A stretch of DNA of 63,346 nt, filler included, from Octopus bimaculoides (Eukaryota), in NCBI RefSeq assembly GCF_001194135.2. It is 4 parts of 4 records of this genome, joined end to end, with 100 filler letters (N's around TTAATTAATTAA, not from the genome) between each part and the next. Parts side by side here need not be neighbours in the genome. Positions count along the whole stretch, not along the records: positions 1 to 18,973 come from NC_068988.1; 3 more parts are not named here. One strand, written 5' to 3'. The notes under the pieces were generated by a model. The model did not search any database and was not told the DNA's origin. It saw only the letters and a program-made list of their open reading frames with translations. The position numbers and the translations under genes are program-made. Shown here one piece after another: positions 1 to 10,409 of this stretch. Each line of letters starts with the position of its first letter. The first letter of the stretch is position 1.

Positions 1-39
1 ATATATATATATATATATATATACATATATACGTTTATG

Positions 40-375
40 CGTCACTGTGTGGTAAAAAGTGTGCTTCCCAACCAACAAAACGGTTCCGGGTTCAGTTCTA
101 CTGCAAGTCGCCCATTAGGTAAGTGTCTTCTATTAAAGCGTCAGGCCGACCAAAATCTTGAGAGTGAATTTGGCAGACGGAAACTGAAAGAAGCCCGTCG
201 TATATATATATGCATATCTATCTATGTGCACCTTTGTGTCTGTATTTGTCCCACCATGACCATCACCACCACCATCACCATCACCACTGCGTGTTTATGT
301 CCTCATAGGTTAGTGGTTCAACAAAGGCGAGCGATAAAATAAGTACTAGGCTTAAAAAAGAAAAACTACTCGAGT
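40..375 (+). mobile_element. tRNA-derived SINE family A, degenerate copy (head/body, internal microsatellite, start of right part)
   Basis: Matches the family A motif repeated across the window (tgtggtaa..cttcccaacc..ggttccgggttcag..gtgtcttcta..ggaaactgaaagaagcccgtcg, later ataagtactaggctt). Confidence 0.7.
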
Positions 376-1021
376 CATCAATCCTAGAATGAGGGTAAGA
401 AAATATAGTCACATTAATATTTGAACTTGGAATAAAAATAAATGTTACATTTTAATAGCCGAGATGAAGATGAGGAGTAATTGTGGCCGTTTTTATGTTG
501 GTAAGAAGAATGGTGGAAGTTACCCGGAGCCTAGAAAATTGATCTGAAGGCTTTCAGCAGAATGAACTCGACTATAGTTGCCCAAAGAAAAGTTATTAGT
601 GTTAAAGCGAAAAGCGGATTAAACCTACCACCCAAGAAGAAGTACAGACCCTCTTGCAAACCTACCAAATTTCTCTGATACGACTTTTGTTTGAGCCGAG
701 GTGCAGGTTTGAATTTTCGAGTTTCTTTGAGAATTCACTGAGGAATTTTGGAATTTCTGATTTTTTTTTTGTATTATTCCAAAAACTTCGAGGGTTTTTT
801 TAACTTTATGTACTCTATTAAAACCTCACCCTTTCATAATTTTTCATTTTCTCAGTCTTTTACTTATTTCATCTTCTGTCTTGTTCATAAGTGCTTTTGA
901 CTTCTATTAACATCCCTTAGCATAGCTTAGCTGCGCCTGATTTATTCAAATACAACATTTCACGCTCCTCTTTCACTTTCCCAATCTCACTTACTAACGG
1001 TCTTACCCTGTTGTCTTTCTA

Positions 1022-1231
1022 CAGGGTGTCCACAAAGTCTGGGTACATGGGGACCAACACATACTTTAAGAAATTATTATTTCTTATATTTAATTGTTTG
1101 TTATGATTTTATTTACTCCATGTACCCACATGGGGTTTAACACATACTTTAAGAAATTATTATTTCTTATATATAATTGTTTATGTTATGATTTTATTTA
1201 GTCCATGTACCCAGACTTTGTGGACACCCTG
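1022..1231. mobile_element. Tc1/mariner-type MITE, internally dimeric
   Basis: Perfect 29-bp TIRs CAGGGTGTCCACAAAGTCTGGGTACATGG (1022-1050 / 1203-1231) flanked by TA on both sides; two near-identical internal units. Confidence 0.9.
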
Positions 1232-2096
1232 TATAATATAGACTTCTAGTTGTGAAGGAAGCTTCTCATCATGCATTTATGCCACATCACGCATTTATGC
1301 ATTTATGCGAAAAGAACAAATATTTCTGCACAAAAATCTCATTTTCAAAGTTACTTTAGTACACCTTAATTTTATAGGACAGGACTAGATTTGTTCAAAT
1401 CGATCACCGCTGGTATTTACTGGCATTTATTTTGTCCACTCCAGAGGAATGAGAAAGAGAAATTCGATCTCTTCGGGATTTGAATTGAAAATATTTGGAA
1501 CCACGGTCTGAACTATTGGAAAATAATAAATAGATGGCTAATATTGGAGACGCAAAATAAATCACTCTCTTCTTATATTTCAAATGAAATATAAGGAAAC
1601 ATTTTAGATTTGGTGTTGTTGTTGGTGCTGGAGTGAATTAATTGACATGTCACTGCTATATATTTTTTTTTCATGTTACTAATTTCAGTTTAGTGACGAT
1701 GCTGTATATATATATGTATATGTGTGTGTGTATGTGTGTGTGTGTGTGTGTTTCTTTTTATGTACTATTTGTTTTTTTTTGCTTTTTTTTGGAAGTAATG
1801 TAGCTCAATCTCATATTTGGAAAGTAATTAATTATATTCATTGATACAAACTGTGAACTTACACACACACATACACACATACATATATTAGAATTTTTTA
1901 TGTATGTCAATATATAACCATTACATTATGCATATTATACAAACATATACCCAATCACAAACTCTCACGCAAAGACACATATACATGAGTATAGACGCAT
2001 GTGTATGTGTGTGTGCGTGTGTGAATGAGTAAGTTTGTAATGTGTAATTTTATACGTATCTCAACAAAATTTATCATAGACAAATATACGTACACA

Positions 2097-2128
<32 letters not shown>

Positions 2129-3210
2129 AACATACACACACTCACACACATAAAAGCAAAATACATACACGCATGCGTATATAGAAACATACATGTAACT
2201 ATAAATATATACATGTGTGTATGTGTGTGTTTCTGTTGTAAAGTGACATATTTACTCATATTTCAGGTATAGAATTCCAATTTCAATCTTGAAGAATATG
2301 TTTTCATTATATGGCCTGGTTATTATTTTCACGCAACATTGAACTCTAATTCCTCGCCGAAGCAAGGGTGGAATTTCTTTAGTTTCAAAATCTCAAGTGC
2401 CTACTTGACGGTTGATTCTTAAAGAGAGGGTAATTTCACAGCGGAAAACCTCTTGAACGATGCTTAATAAACATTGGAAGCTTTTGAGAGTTCTCATAGT
2501 AGAGATGTAAGACTCTCTCATGCGGAATATACAGTCGGTCGTTTACTGGTTATTAAGTTCTCAGTAATCACCAATATTCCTGAAGAGATACGACGCTTCT
2601 TCTCTCAATTCCCCTACACCTTCATCACCGTCGCCACACACTTTACTTCCCTCTAGCTACATATTAGTTCAGTCAGTCATTCGACTATGACTTTATATCT
2701 GCGTTTTCATTATGTTCTGCTTTTGTTATTTGTATTGTAATTTTGTGGTGTTTCTGTACTGTTAAATAGGCTAAAAGCTAGATCAGAATATTTCGGATGT
2801 ATTCGTATTTAAGACATGATGTTATACTCCTCAATGGTGGAGGTAAAGGGTTGTTATCAAAAACACTTTAGAGCTGTTTCTATGTACACTTCAAATTACT
2901 CGAGCTTATATGTTACACATACACACACACACATGGTGTGAATTAATTTACATAATTTTTTTAATTTTCTTGTTAGGAGGGAAGACAGTGTCAGGATATG
3001 TTACAGCAACTCCAAAACTGGTAGGAGAACGCGAAGGAGGCAGGAATTCTGAAATCGGTGACCTGATCCGAATACTTGAAACATAGTAGACTCCGTTAAT
3101 GATACTCAAGGTGTCAGACGGTGGTGTTAAACCAAGAGAAGGATTCGTCTTTTACCAAAGTAGGCAATGACGAGATTTGAACTCAGAACTCAAAGAGCTG
3201 GAGCATTCAT

Positions 3211-3360
3211 CTTTTCTACTCTAGGCACAAAATCCAAAATTTTGAGTGAGGGGGGCCAGTTGATTAGTTCGAACCCAGTATGCAAATGGTACCTAATTCA
3301 TCGACCCCGAAAGGGTGAAAGGCAAAGTCGACCTCGGCGGAATTTGAACTCAGAACGTAA
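3211..3360 (-). mobile_element. SINE family B, 5'-truncated
   Basis: Reverse complement of family B body and tail (aaattccgccgaggtcgactttgcctttc..cctagagtagaaaag). Confidence 0.85.
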
Positions 3361-3497
3361 AAATTCCGCCGAGGTCGACTTTGCCTTTCAATCTTTCGGA
3401 GTCGATAAATTAAATACTAGTTGCGTACTGGAGTCGATCAAATCGACTGGCTCCCTCCCCCAAAATTTCGGGCCTTGTGCCAAGAGTAGAAAAGAAT
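3361..3497 (+). mobile_element. SINE family B, 5'-truncated, head-to-head with the previous copy
   Basis: aaattccgccgaggtcgactttgcc..cgggccttgtgccaagagtagaaaagaata. Confidence 0.85.
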
Positions 3498-3514
3498 ATT
3501 ATAGTATTATAAAA

Positions 3515-3607
3515 GGCGGCGAGCTGGCAGAATCGTTAGCACACCGGGCGACGTGCTTAGCGGTATTCCGTCCATCTTGATGTTCTAAGTTCAAATTTCG
3601 CCGAGAT
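3515..3607 (+). mobile_element. SINE family B head (tRNA-like), 3'-truncated
   Basis: ggcggcgagctggcagaatcgttagc (A-box-like) ... gttctaagttcaaatt (B-box-like). Confidence 0.8.
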
Positions 3608-4583
3608 CATTGGGAAGAAAATATGTGATAACGTAAAGCAAAATAATAAAAAAGAAAACAAAAAAGGTAAGTTATAAAAGCCATGTGGGATAGTACGTTT
3701 TAAGTCCTGAATCTGGCGCTGGTGAACATTTCCATCGAAGTTTATGTTGTTAATATCTGTTATATACGTTTTGTTAGGCTACCACCAGTGGGCCGTCCGG
3801 TTCTTTTCTTTCTTTCTTGCCTCTTTGGGGATAAAAGAAGTAACTTTGAATATTTTTTGGTTCGATAAACATTATTTTAGAAGATGGGGTTGGCTTCAGT
3901 CAGCCATTTGAGAGGCGAAGTCGGAGGTACCTTTGTGACGCCGCTTCTTCACTCTGTGAACAAGAATTTACCCCATCACAAAGAACAAAGATAATTTTAG
4001 ACTACAGCCTCAACGTCGAGTAACTACAGTAGCAGCAGCAACAACTACAGATATTGCTACAACATGCCAAGCAGAAAATAACAATAATAAGCTGCCAACA
4101 CCACTACCTTCACTATTCGTAATGGCTACATCAAAGACACGAAAAAGACAACAGCAGCAGCAGCAATGAAAGCCAAGAAAAAGAAAATGAAAAACAAGGA
4201 AGAATACTATTGTTATCACACCAATATTACCGGCAACACAATCACCACTGCTTAGCAGTGACCGCCACTAAAACAGGCGAAGCAGGGTGTGACAAGGAAA
4301 GAACCACTATCTCCACCACTTCTACAGTTTGACTACTACTGCAGTTAACTCTAACACCGCTGTCACAATCACCATAACTACACTAATGTGACCTCCCAAC
4401 TATGGCACCTGTAACACAAAGGCCAAATCTTTCACAGGAGCCGTCATTAATAATATCCAAGTGTCAATGGCGTGCAAGCAAACAGATGTTTAAAAAATGC
4501 TAAACATCTAATGAAAAATATGAACGGAAAGCTACATTAAATATATCCCCAGATGTTTTGAAAATGACTGCTAAACGAATAAT

Positions 4584-4748
4584 TATTTACCGCAGTTCTA
4601 TATTTAAGAGATGAGGAATTATGTACATTATTTACATTATTTACATTATTTACATTCGATGGATATTTGTCTTCATCTTGTTTGTTGCTAACGCAACGTT
4701 TCGGCTGATATACCCTCCAGCCTTCTTCAGGTGTCTTGGGGAAATTTA
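4584..4748 (-). mobile_element. Short repeat family C, 3' part (hammerhead-bearing)
   Basis: About 53 bp is the inverted homolog of 4889-4941; the tail carries tandem TGTAAATAA units. Confidence 0.7.
4690..4735 (-). ncRNA. Minimal type I hammerhead ribozyme motif (PLE-like, palindromic stem III)
   Basis: Minus strand reads GACAC-CUGAAGA-A-GGCUG(gaggguauau)CAGCC-GAAA-CGUU-GCGUU: intact core, 5-bp stem II, ACGU palindromic stem III, stem I with one mismatch. Confidence 0.7.
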
Positions 4749-4781
4749 TAAGCCCTATAATTCATTCCGTAATTGCCCACA

Positions 4782-4941
4782 GGAAAATGGCGTAGTGGTT
4801 AAGAGCGCGGGCTTCTAATCCCAAGATTCCAAGTAATGACCTGAACAATAATAATAATAAGATACCTTAGGGATGAGAACGCAGGTTTGAAATTTCCCCA
4901 AGACACTGATGAAGGCTGGAGGGTATATTAACCGAAACGTT
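4782..4941 (+). mobile_element. Family C copy: tRNA-Arg-like Pol III head joined to a degenerate hammerhead motif
   Basis: A-box TGGCGTAGTGG (4788-4798) and CTTCTAA anticodon-loop-like heptamer, no clear B-box; CTGATGA-A-GGCTG..TAACC-GAAACGTT at 4906-4941. Confidence 0.65.
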
Positions 4942-4986
4942 AAGATAAGAAGCCTTGAGAGCCACTGCCTGGTACTGCATCCGGGC

Positions 4987-5035
<49 letters not shown>
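4939..5035 (+). mobile_element. Short 3' end of a retroelement with (ATT)n tail
   Basis: GC-richer 50-bp block (aagccttgagagccactgcctggtactgcatccgggc) ending directly in a long (ATT)n tract; class inferred from architecture. Confidence 0.4.
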
Positions 5036-5036
<1 letters not shown>

Positions 5037-5498
5037 GTAGTAGTAGTAGTAGTAGTAGTAGTAGAATGTTTAATACGGGAAATTTAGTTTTGCTTCTCCG
5101 ATAATTTTAGCAGTATTCTTTTGTTGAAGTATTTAAGCGTCCCTGTAATTTCAGTTAGATTTTTCAGAGTTAAACAGTTTTTTTCTTTCGTCAGAACAGA
5201 AAAGTTGTGTGATCAAGAGGTGTTAACCACTTGAACCACACAATTTCAACCCAATTTTGATGGTAAAAACACTTGTGTGCGCGCTTGCGTGCGTGTATAT
5301 GTGTGTGTGCCTGTTTTCTGTATGTATCTTGGAACACACAACATAAGAAAATACACACGCATACGCTCGCATTTCTGTAAATTCGTTTTTCACCATTTAA
5401 TCCTCTTGATGAATCGCTGTTCACAAAATTTTCTTGAAACTCTCATTATCATTATCCTCTTTCTCCGTCGTCTCCTACTCATCATTGTCGTAGTTGTC

Positions 5499-5536
<38 letters not shown>

Positions 5537-5867
5537 TATAGTTGTTAATACCAACTTCGCACCCATCAATATTAATGTATGCCCCATCGGTATTGTCATG
5601 CATCGTAATTATGAATGTCATCAATATCATCATTATCAATCATAAATATGACCATTCAAAACCAGCATCACTAAAACCGATGAAATAGCTGTTGCCATCC
5701 TTGTCATCATTATCCTTAAATTCACTGTCAATTGACTTCACCGCCACCACTACTGACATTAACAGCAATTGTAACCACAACATACATTTTAATATGTTCT
5801 GCGACGTTTTCATACTCGGGCAATTAGCTTTTTCTCGTTTGTTAACTAAATTGTTAATGAGTTAAAA

Positions 5868-6092
5868 GACGGGCAGTGGAGAGACAGTCGTAGAATCCCT
5901 AAGCACCACTGCCATATATAATATTCATTCGCCAAACTTATGTTCTGAGTTCAAATTCCGCCGAGGGCGACTTTGCCTTTCATCCTTTCGGGATCGATAT
6001 ATTAAGTACCAGTTGCGTACTGGTGTCGATCTAATTGACTGGGCCCCTTCCCCAAATTTCGGGCCTTGTACCTAGAGCCGAAAAGAGTATTC
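5868..6092 (+). mobile_element. SINE family B, near full length
   Basis: Head, gttctgagttcaaattccgccgag, body and gggccttgtacctagag tail. Confidence 0.85.
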
Positions 6093-6899
6093 ATTCACCA
6101 AACTATCTAGATCTAAATACCTCTGAGACCATTAACTTGCAGTTGCCTCATTCTGTCATTTACTATTTATTCCTAACAAAGTCCCTTAAACCAATATCTT
6201 ATCTCAGATTTTGAAAACCATCTGCTGTATACTTTTGCAAACCATGTAATCAGCACGAAAACAAAAATGCTTAGTACATATCATTACATACTTAAATATA
6301 TCAGTCTTTGTAACTGGCAGTTATTTACAAACCAAATTAGGAAAATTCAACAATGGACGTCTGTTGTATTGATGAAGAGATTTACACTAAAATGCATATT
6401 ACGACTGACAAATAACACCCAACAACCATCCATGCTGTTTCCCCAAGTTCGTTCTTAATACAATTCTGTGTTAATTATCAAAGCAAAAAAAGTACTTGAC
6501 ATCTTCCTGCGAATCACACGGCTTATTATCTGACCAAAAACGGCAGTAAATTATCACAAGATATTTTCTTCAGTCTTGGGATTTAAATCTTGTTACATTG
6601 TATTCCAAACTTTTCCCTCCGAACACTTTCTGACTTTATCTATTTATGCATTTGTTTGTATATTTTCATGCTGCTGTCTGTATTATTGTTGATGCAGTTA
6701 TCTGCTGCTATCTCTGATTTATTTTTTTTAAATAGCTGCTGGTAGCTGGATTATAGAGCACTGTCATTACATTGATTACTTCTAAATGATTCACTGATGT
6801 TAGATGATAACAGCGTGATAATAATGGAAATCAAACTGAAGAATCTTTACGACAAAAAGTAACAAAAAACTGTAAATAATTAAAAAATAAATGCATGTA

Positions 6900-7610
6900 G
6901 AATTTAGTTTTTTTTTTTCTCAACTTCGTCTTTCAATTCGTCATACAATCCTTATATAAAAGAGAACAACAATAATATAGCTAAAAGAGATGTAGGAAAC
7001 TTTTAAATAAAACATCTTCCCTATCAACCAATGTTTGCTGCCAATATATAAGCGATTTCAGACCTGTTTATTGACAAACTTATCTCCACATGTCTTAAAA
7101 TGCAATCAAAAGTTTTCTGAAACATATGAAGATAAATTATTCGCTGTTAAATATGAATTGGGATGGGAAAAGAAGGTGATTTCAGACGTTACTTTGCGAA
7201 GTATTTGCTCATGAATAGATTCATTTGAGTCTAGATCTGCCGATTGTTTCTCTTACCCGAGTTTAGAAATGTTCGTAGTATTTTTATCGCATCTTGGTTT
7301 ATCATCAGCTGTTATAATATGTATGATCGATCAAGCATTAAAAAAACTATTTTATCATCCCTTTAGCTCCACGTCCACTAAACATTACTGAGCAATGGAA
7401 GGAATGATGGAAGAAATACATACGATGTATGTAAAGAATGGGGATATGGAGTGACGGTTCATTAATGTTACATGATAAATTCGATACACCACTAAAACTA
7501 AATTGCTATCACCGACAGTAGTAAGTATTCTACACAGAATAAGTTTTGAAACTATTTTTCTACCCGCTGCTGACAATATACCCTTTTCGTTTTTATAAAG
7601 CAAGTTTATT
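6900..7610 (-). pseudogene. Possible highly degraded hAT transposase fossil
   Basis: Manual translation gives EKGILSAAGRKIVS, SIHEQILRK and HWLIGKM, resembling hAT ILPAA..IV, CIIHQE.L and RWLSRGK motifs; many stops. Confidence 0.3.
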
Positions 7611-7892
7611 TATTATAGGTGAGAGGTGACAGTGTTTGTATAACTTGTGAAGTAAGATTGTTCATCTTTGATCTGGTTTCAAATTCTGACTGTGTTGTTT
7701 CTTGTTGTGTTTCACTCATTAGAAAATATATTGAATGTTTGTAATTGCAAGTTACACAGCTCACTTGTGAGGGCCACGCTGTACAGTTGCTAGCCCCCTC
7801 CTTTCCGTGCGTAGCGGTATTACCCCTTTTATGGCTGCCAGCTCATTTATCTCTCATCTCATGGTTTCCACGTAGTTGCGCGAGGCTTCTCT

Positions 7893-7953
<61 letters not shown>

Positions 7954-8029
7954 GATACCAAAATCAGCAACCAAATGCGACTATAAAATTATTCCTCCTC
8001 GAAACGTTTTGGTTTTTGACATCCTGTCG

Positions 8030-8545
8030 CAATTCTTGCACTTCGCTATAGATTCAGCTCATAGCCGGAACGGGCACTAGACGAGGGCGTGTAGAATGGT
8101 TTCGTCGTTCTGCTAGCACCTTGGGCAGGCCCTGTTGACAGTACTTCGTGCCTGTAAAGTTTAACCTCAACAGGCAGTGCCCCTCGGTAACACTGCCAGG
8201 CGAGGGGTTTCTGGAAGTTATCCATAAGCTGAGGCCCGAAAGTTCTCCGAAAGAGATCGGTCAGTTGATCCACGTCGACGCCAAGAGTTTCTTTGAGAAT
8301 ATCGTCATACTTCCCCTTCACTAGCCCGCTATAGAACGCTAGAGTGGAACTACCGCCGACTGCATTGCACACCTGGCAGAGGGTTGTGAGCGCTTGACGG
8401 CACTCGAGGTGCCAAGCACTCCTTCTCAGTCGACGCCTAATCCAGGATTGCAGCTCACTCAAAGAGACGAGCGTGTCTGACAAACGGTGACCATACCTGC
8501 TCACCGTCAAGGAAACACTGGAGATGCCGTAGCATGCACAGCTCT
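8030..8545 (-). mobile_element. Tx1-clade LINE ORF2 C-terminal fragment
   Basis: ORF 8046-8510 with DNFQKPLAWQCYRGALPV..KLYRH (zf-RVT-like region); collinear homolog of 26450-26870. Confidence 0.8.
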
Positions 8546-8554
8546 CTCACAGAA

Positions 8555-8755
8555 TAATAATAATAATCCTTTCTACAATAGGCACATGGCCTGAAATTTT
8601 GCGTGAGGGGACTAATCGATTACATCGATCCCAATGTTCAACTGCTACTCTTCGACCTCGATAGGATAAAGGCAAAGTCAACCTCTGCGGAATTTGAACT
8701 TAGAACGTAAAGGCGAACGAAATGTCGTTAAGCGTTTTTCCCGATGTGATAATGA
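8555..8755 (-). mobile_element. SINE family B
   Basis: ggcaaagtcaacctctgcggaatttgaact; (TAA)n at the tail side. Confidence 0.8.
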
Positions 8756-8849
8756 TTTAATGATCATAATAATAAAAATGATAATCTATAATAGTGGAAT
8801 AAGACCAGAAATATTACAGGAGAGCAATAAACATCCAGATCTCTTAATT

Positions 8850-9142
8850 TATTCTTTTATTTGTTTCAGTCATTTGATTGCAGCACCTCCTTTAATTGAA
8901 CAAATCGAACACAGAACTTATTCTTCATAAGCCTAGTACTCACTCTATCGGTCTCTTTTGCCGAACCGTGAATTTACGGGGACGTAAAGACACCAACATC
9001 GGTTGTTAAGCGATTGTAGGGGGACAAACATAGAAATACACACACACATATGCGATGGGTTTTGGTCGGCCCGAGGATCAGTAGAAGACACTTGCCCAAG
9101 GTCCCACGCAGTAGAACTGAACCCAGAACCACTCGTGCGCCT
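8850..9142 (-). mobile_element. SINE family A with internal deletion
   Basis: Collinear with the full copy at 48746-49142. Confidence 0.85.
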
Positions 9143-9276
9143 GGTAATTTATTCTTATTGTAGGTAACTTATTCTTCTTGTAGGTAATTTATTCTTATTG
9201 TAGGTAACTTATTCTTCTTGTAGGTAATTTATTCTTATAGTAGGTAACTTATTCTTCTTGTAGGTAATTTATTTTT
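9143..9276. repeat. 20-bp minisatellite with alternating A/B higher-order units
   Basis: GGTAATTTATTCTTATTGTA alternating with GGTAACTTATTCTTCTTGTA, about 6.7 units. Confidence 0.95.
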
Positions 9277-9589
9277 ATTCATCCCAAGTAAAAACGAAGA
9301 CGCTAGGAGTTGAACTGAGAAAATAAAATGAAGAAACTGGAAACTGTTACGCTTTGTCCTAGACCTGTAGCTTTTTTTATCATCATGCGACGCCATCAGT
9401 AATATATAAATAATGTTCAATCACAAATAACATGAGCCAATAAGAAACCATCGGTTTGGTCACTTTAACCTGCTAGAAACAGCAAACAGTTCACCTATTC
9501 CAAACTAAGAACATTTTGGGAAGCGTAACCTAAAATCCATCCTGACTAAATAGTAGATGGGTTGATCGTGACTGGAAATTTTTCGATCA

Positions 9590-9785
9590 TATCTACTATA
9601 GGCACAAGGCCTGATGTTTTGTTTTGATGAGGAACTAGGTGATTACATCGACCCAAGTGTTCAACTGGTGCTTTTTTTATTAACCCTTAATGGATGAAAG
9701 GCAAAGTCGACCTCGGTGAAATTTGAACTCAGAACGTAAAGACGGACGAAATGACGCTGAGCATTTCGGCTGGTGCGCTAACGAG
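9590..9785 (-). mobile_element. SINE family B
   Basis: ggatgaaaggcaaagtcgacctcggtgaaatttgaactcagaacg. Confidence 0.85.
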
Positions 9786-10202
9786 TTAATAATATGTTTT
9801 ATCATACGTGATGATATTATTTTGATCATACGTGATATGTATTCCCCTAAGATTACATTACCTTATATGAAAGCCAGACGTGTTCCTCTGCTCCTTTACA
9901 CAGCTTTATTACACCACATCACCATACACGCCGGTTTCTCATTCAAAAGAATATCTCCTCACTTATTACATATTAGATTAAATAAGACGACAGGCTACAC
10001 TAAAACAGCATATTTTTACTTCATTAACATATAGAGAATATACACTATGTAGAGCCCTGGTAGTTTTAGAAATACTGATTTAGCCTTATGAAATAACATA
10101 TCGCTTTTTTTACTGCAAATTACTCTTAGAAGCAATGCCCCAAGGGAGAACATAAGATCTAACAAATGATTTTTACTTTCTTAAGTCTCATTTAACTTCG
10201 AA

Positions 10203-10236
<34 letters not shown>

Positions 10237-10343
10237 TTTATTAGACTGTTTACATACCTAGAAGAAATTATTCAACAGTGTATATCTCAAAATAAGCGTT
10301 CATAAAAAAACCTTACCTGCATTCCATAAACCCCCATACATAA

Positions 10344-10409
<66 letters not shown>

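Noticed and set aside
9143-9276. CRISPR-like regular repeats
   Set aside because: No unique spacers, no cas genes, animal context; it is a minisatellite.
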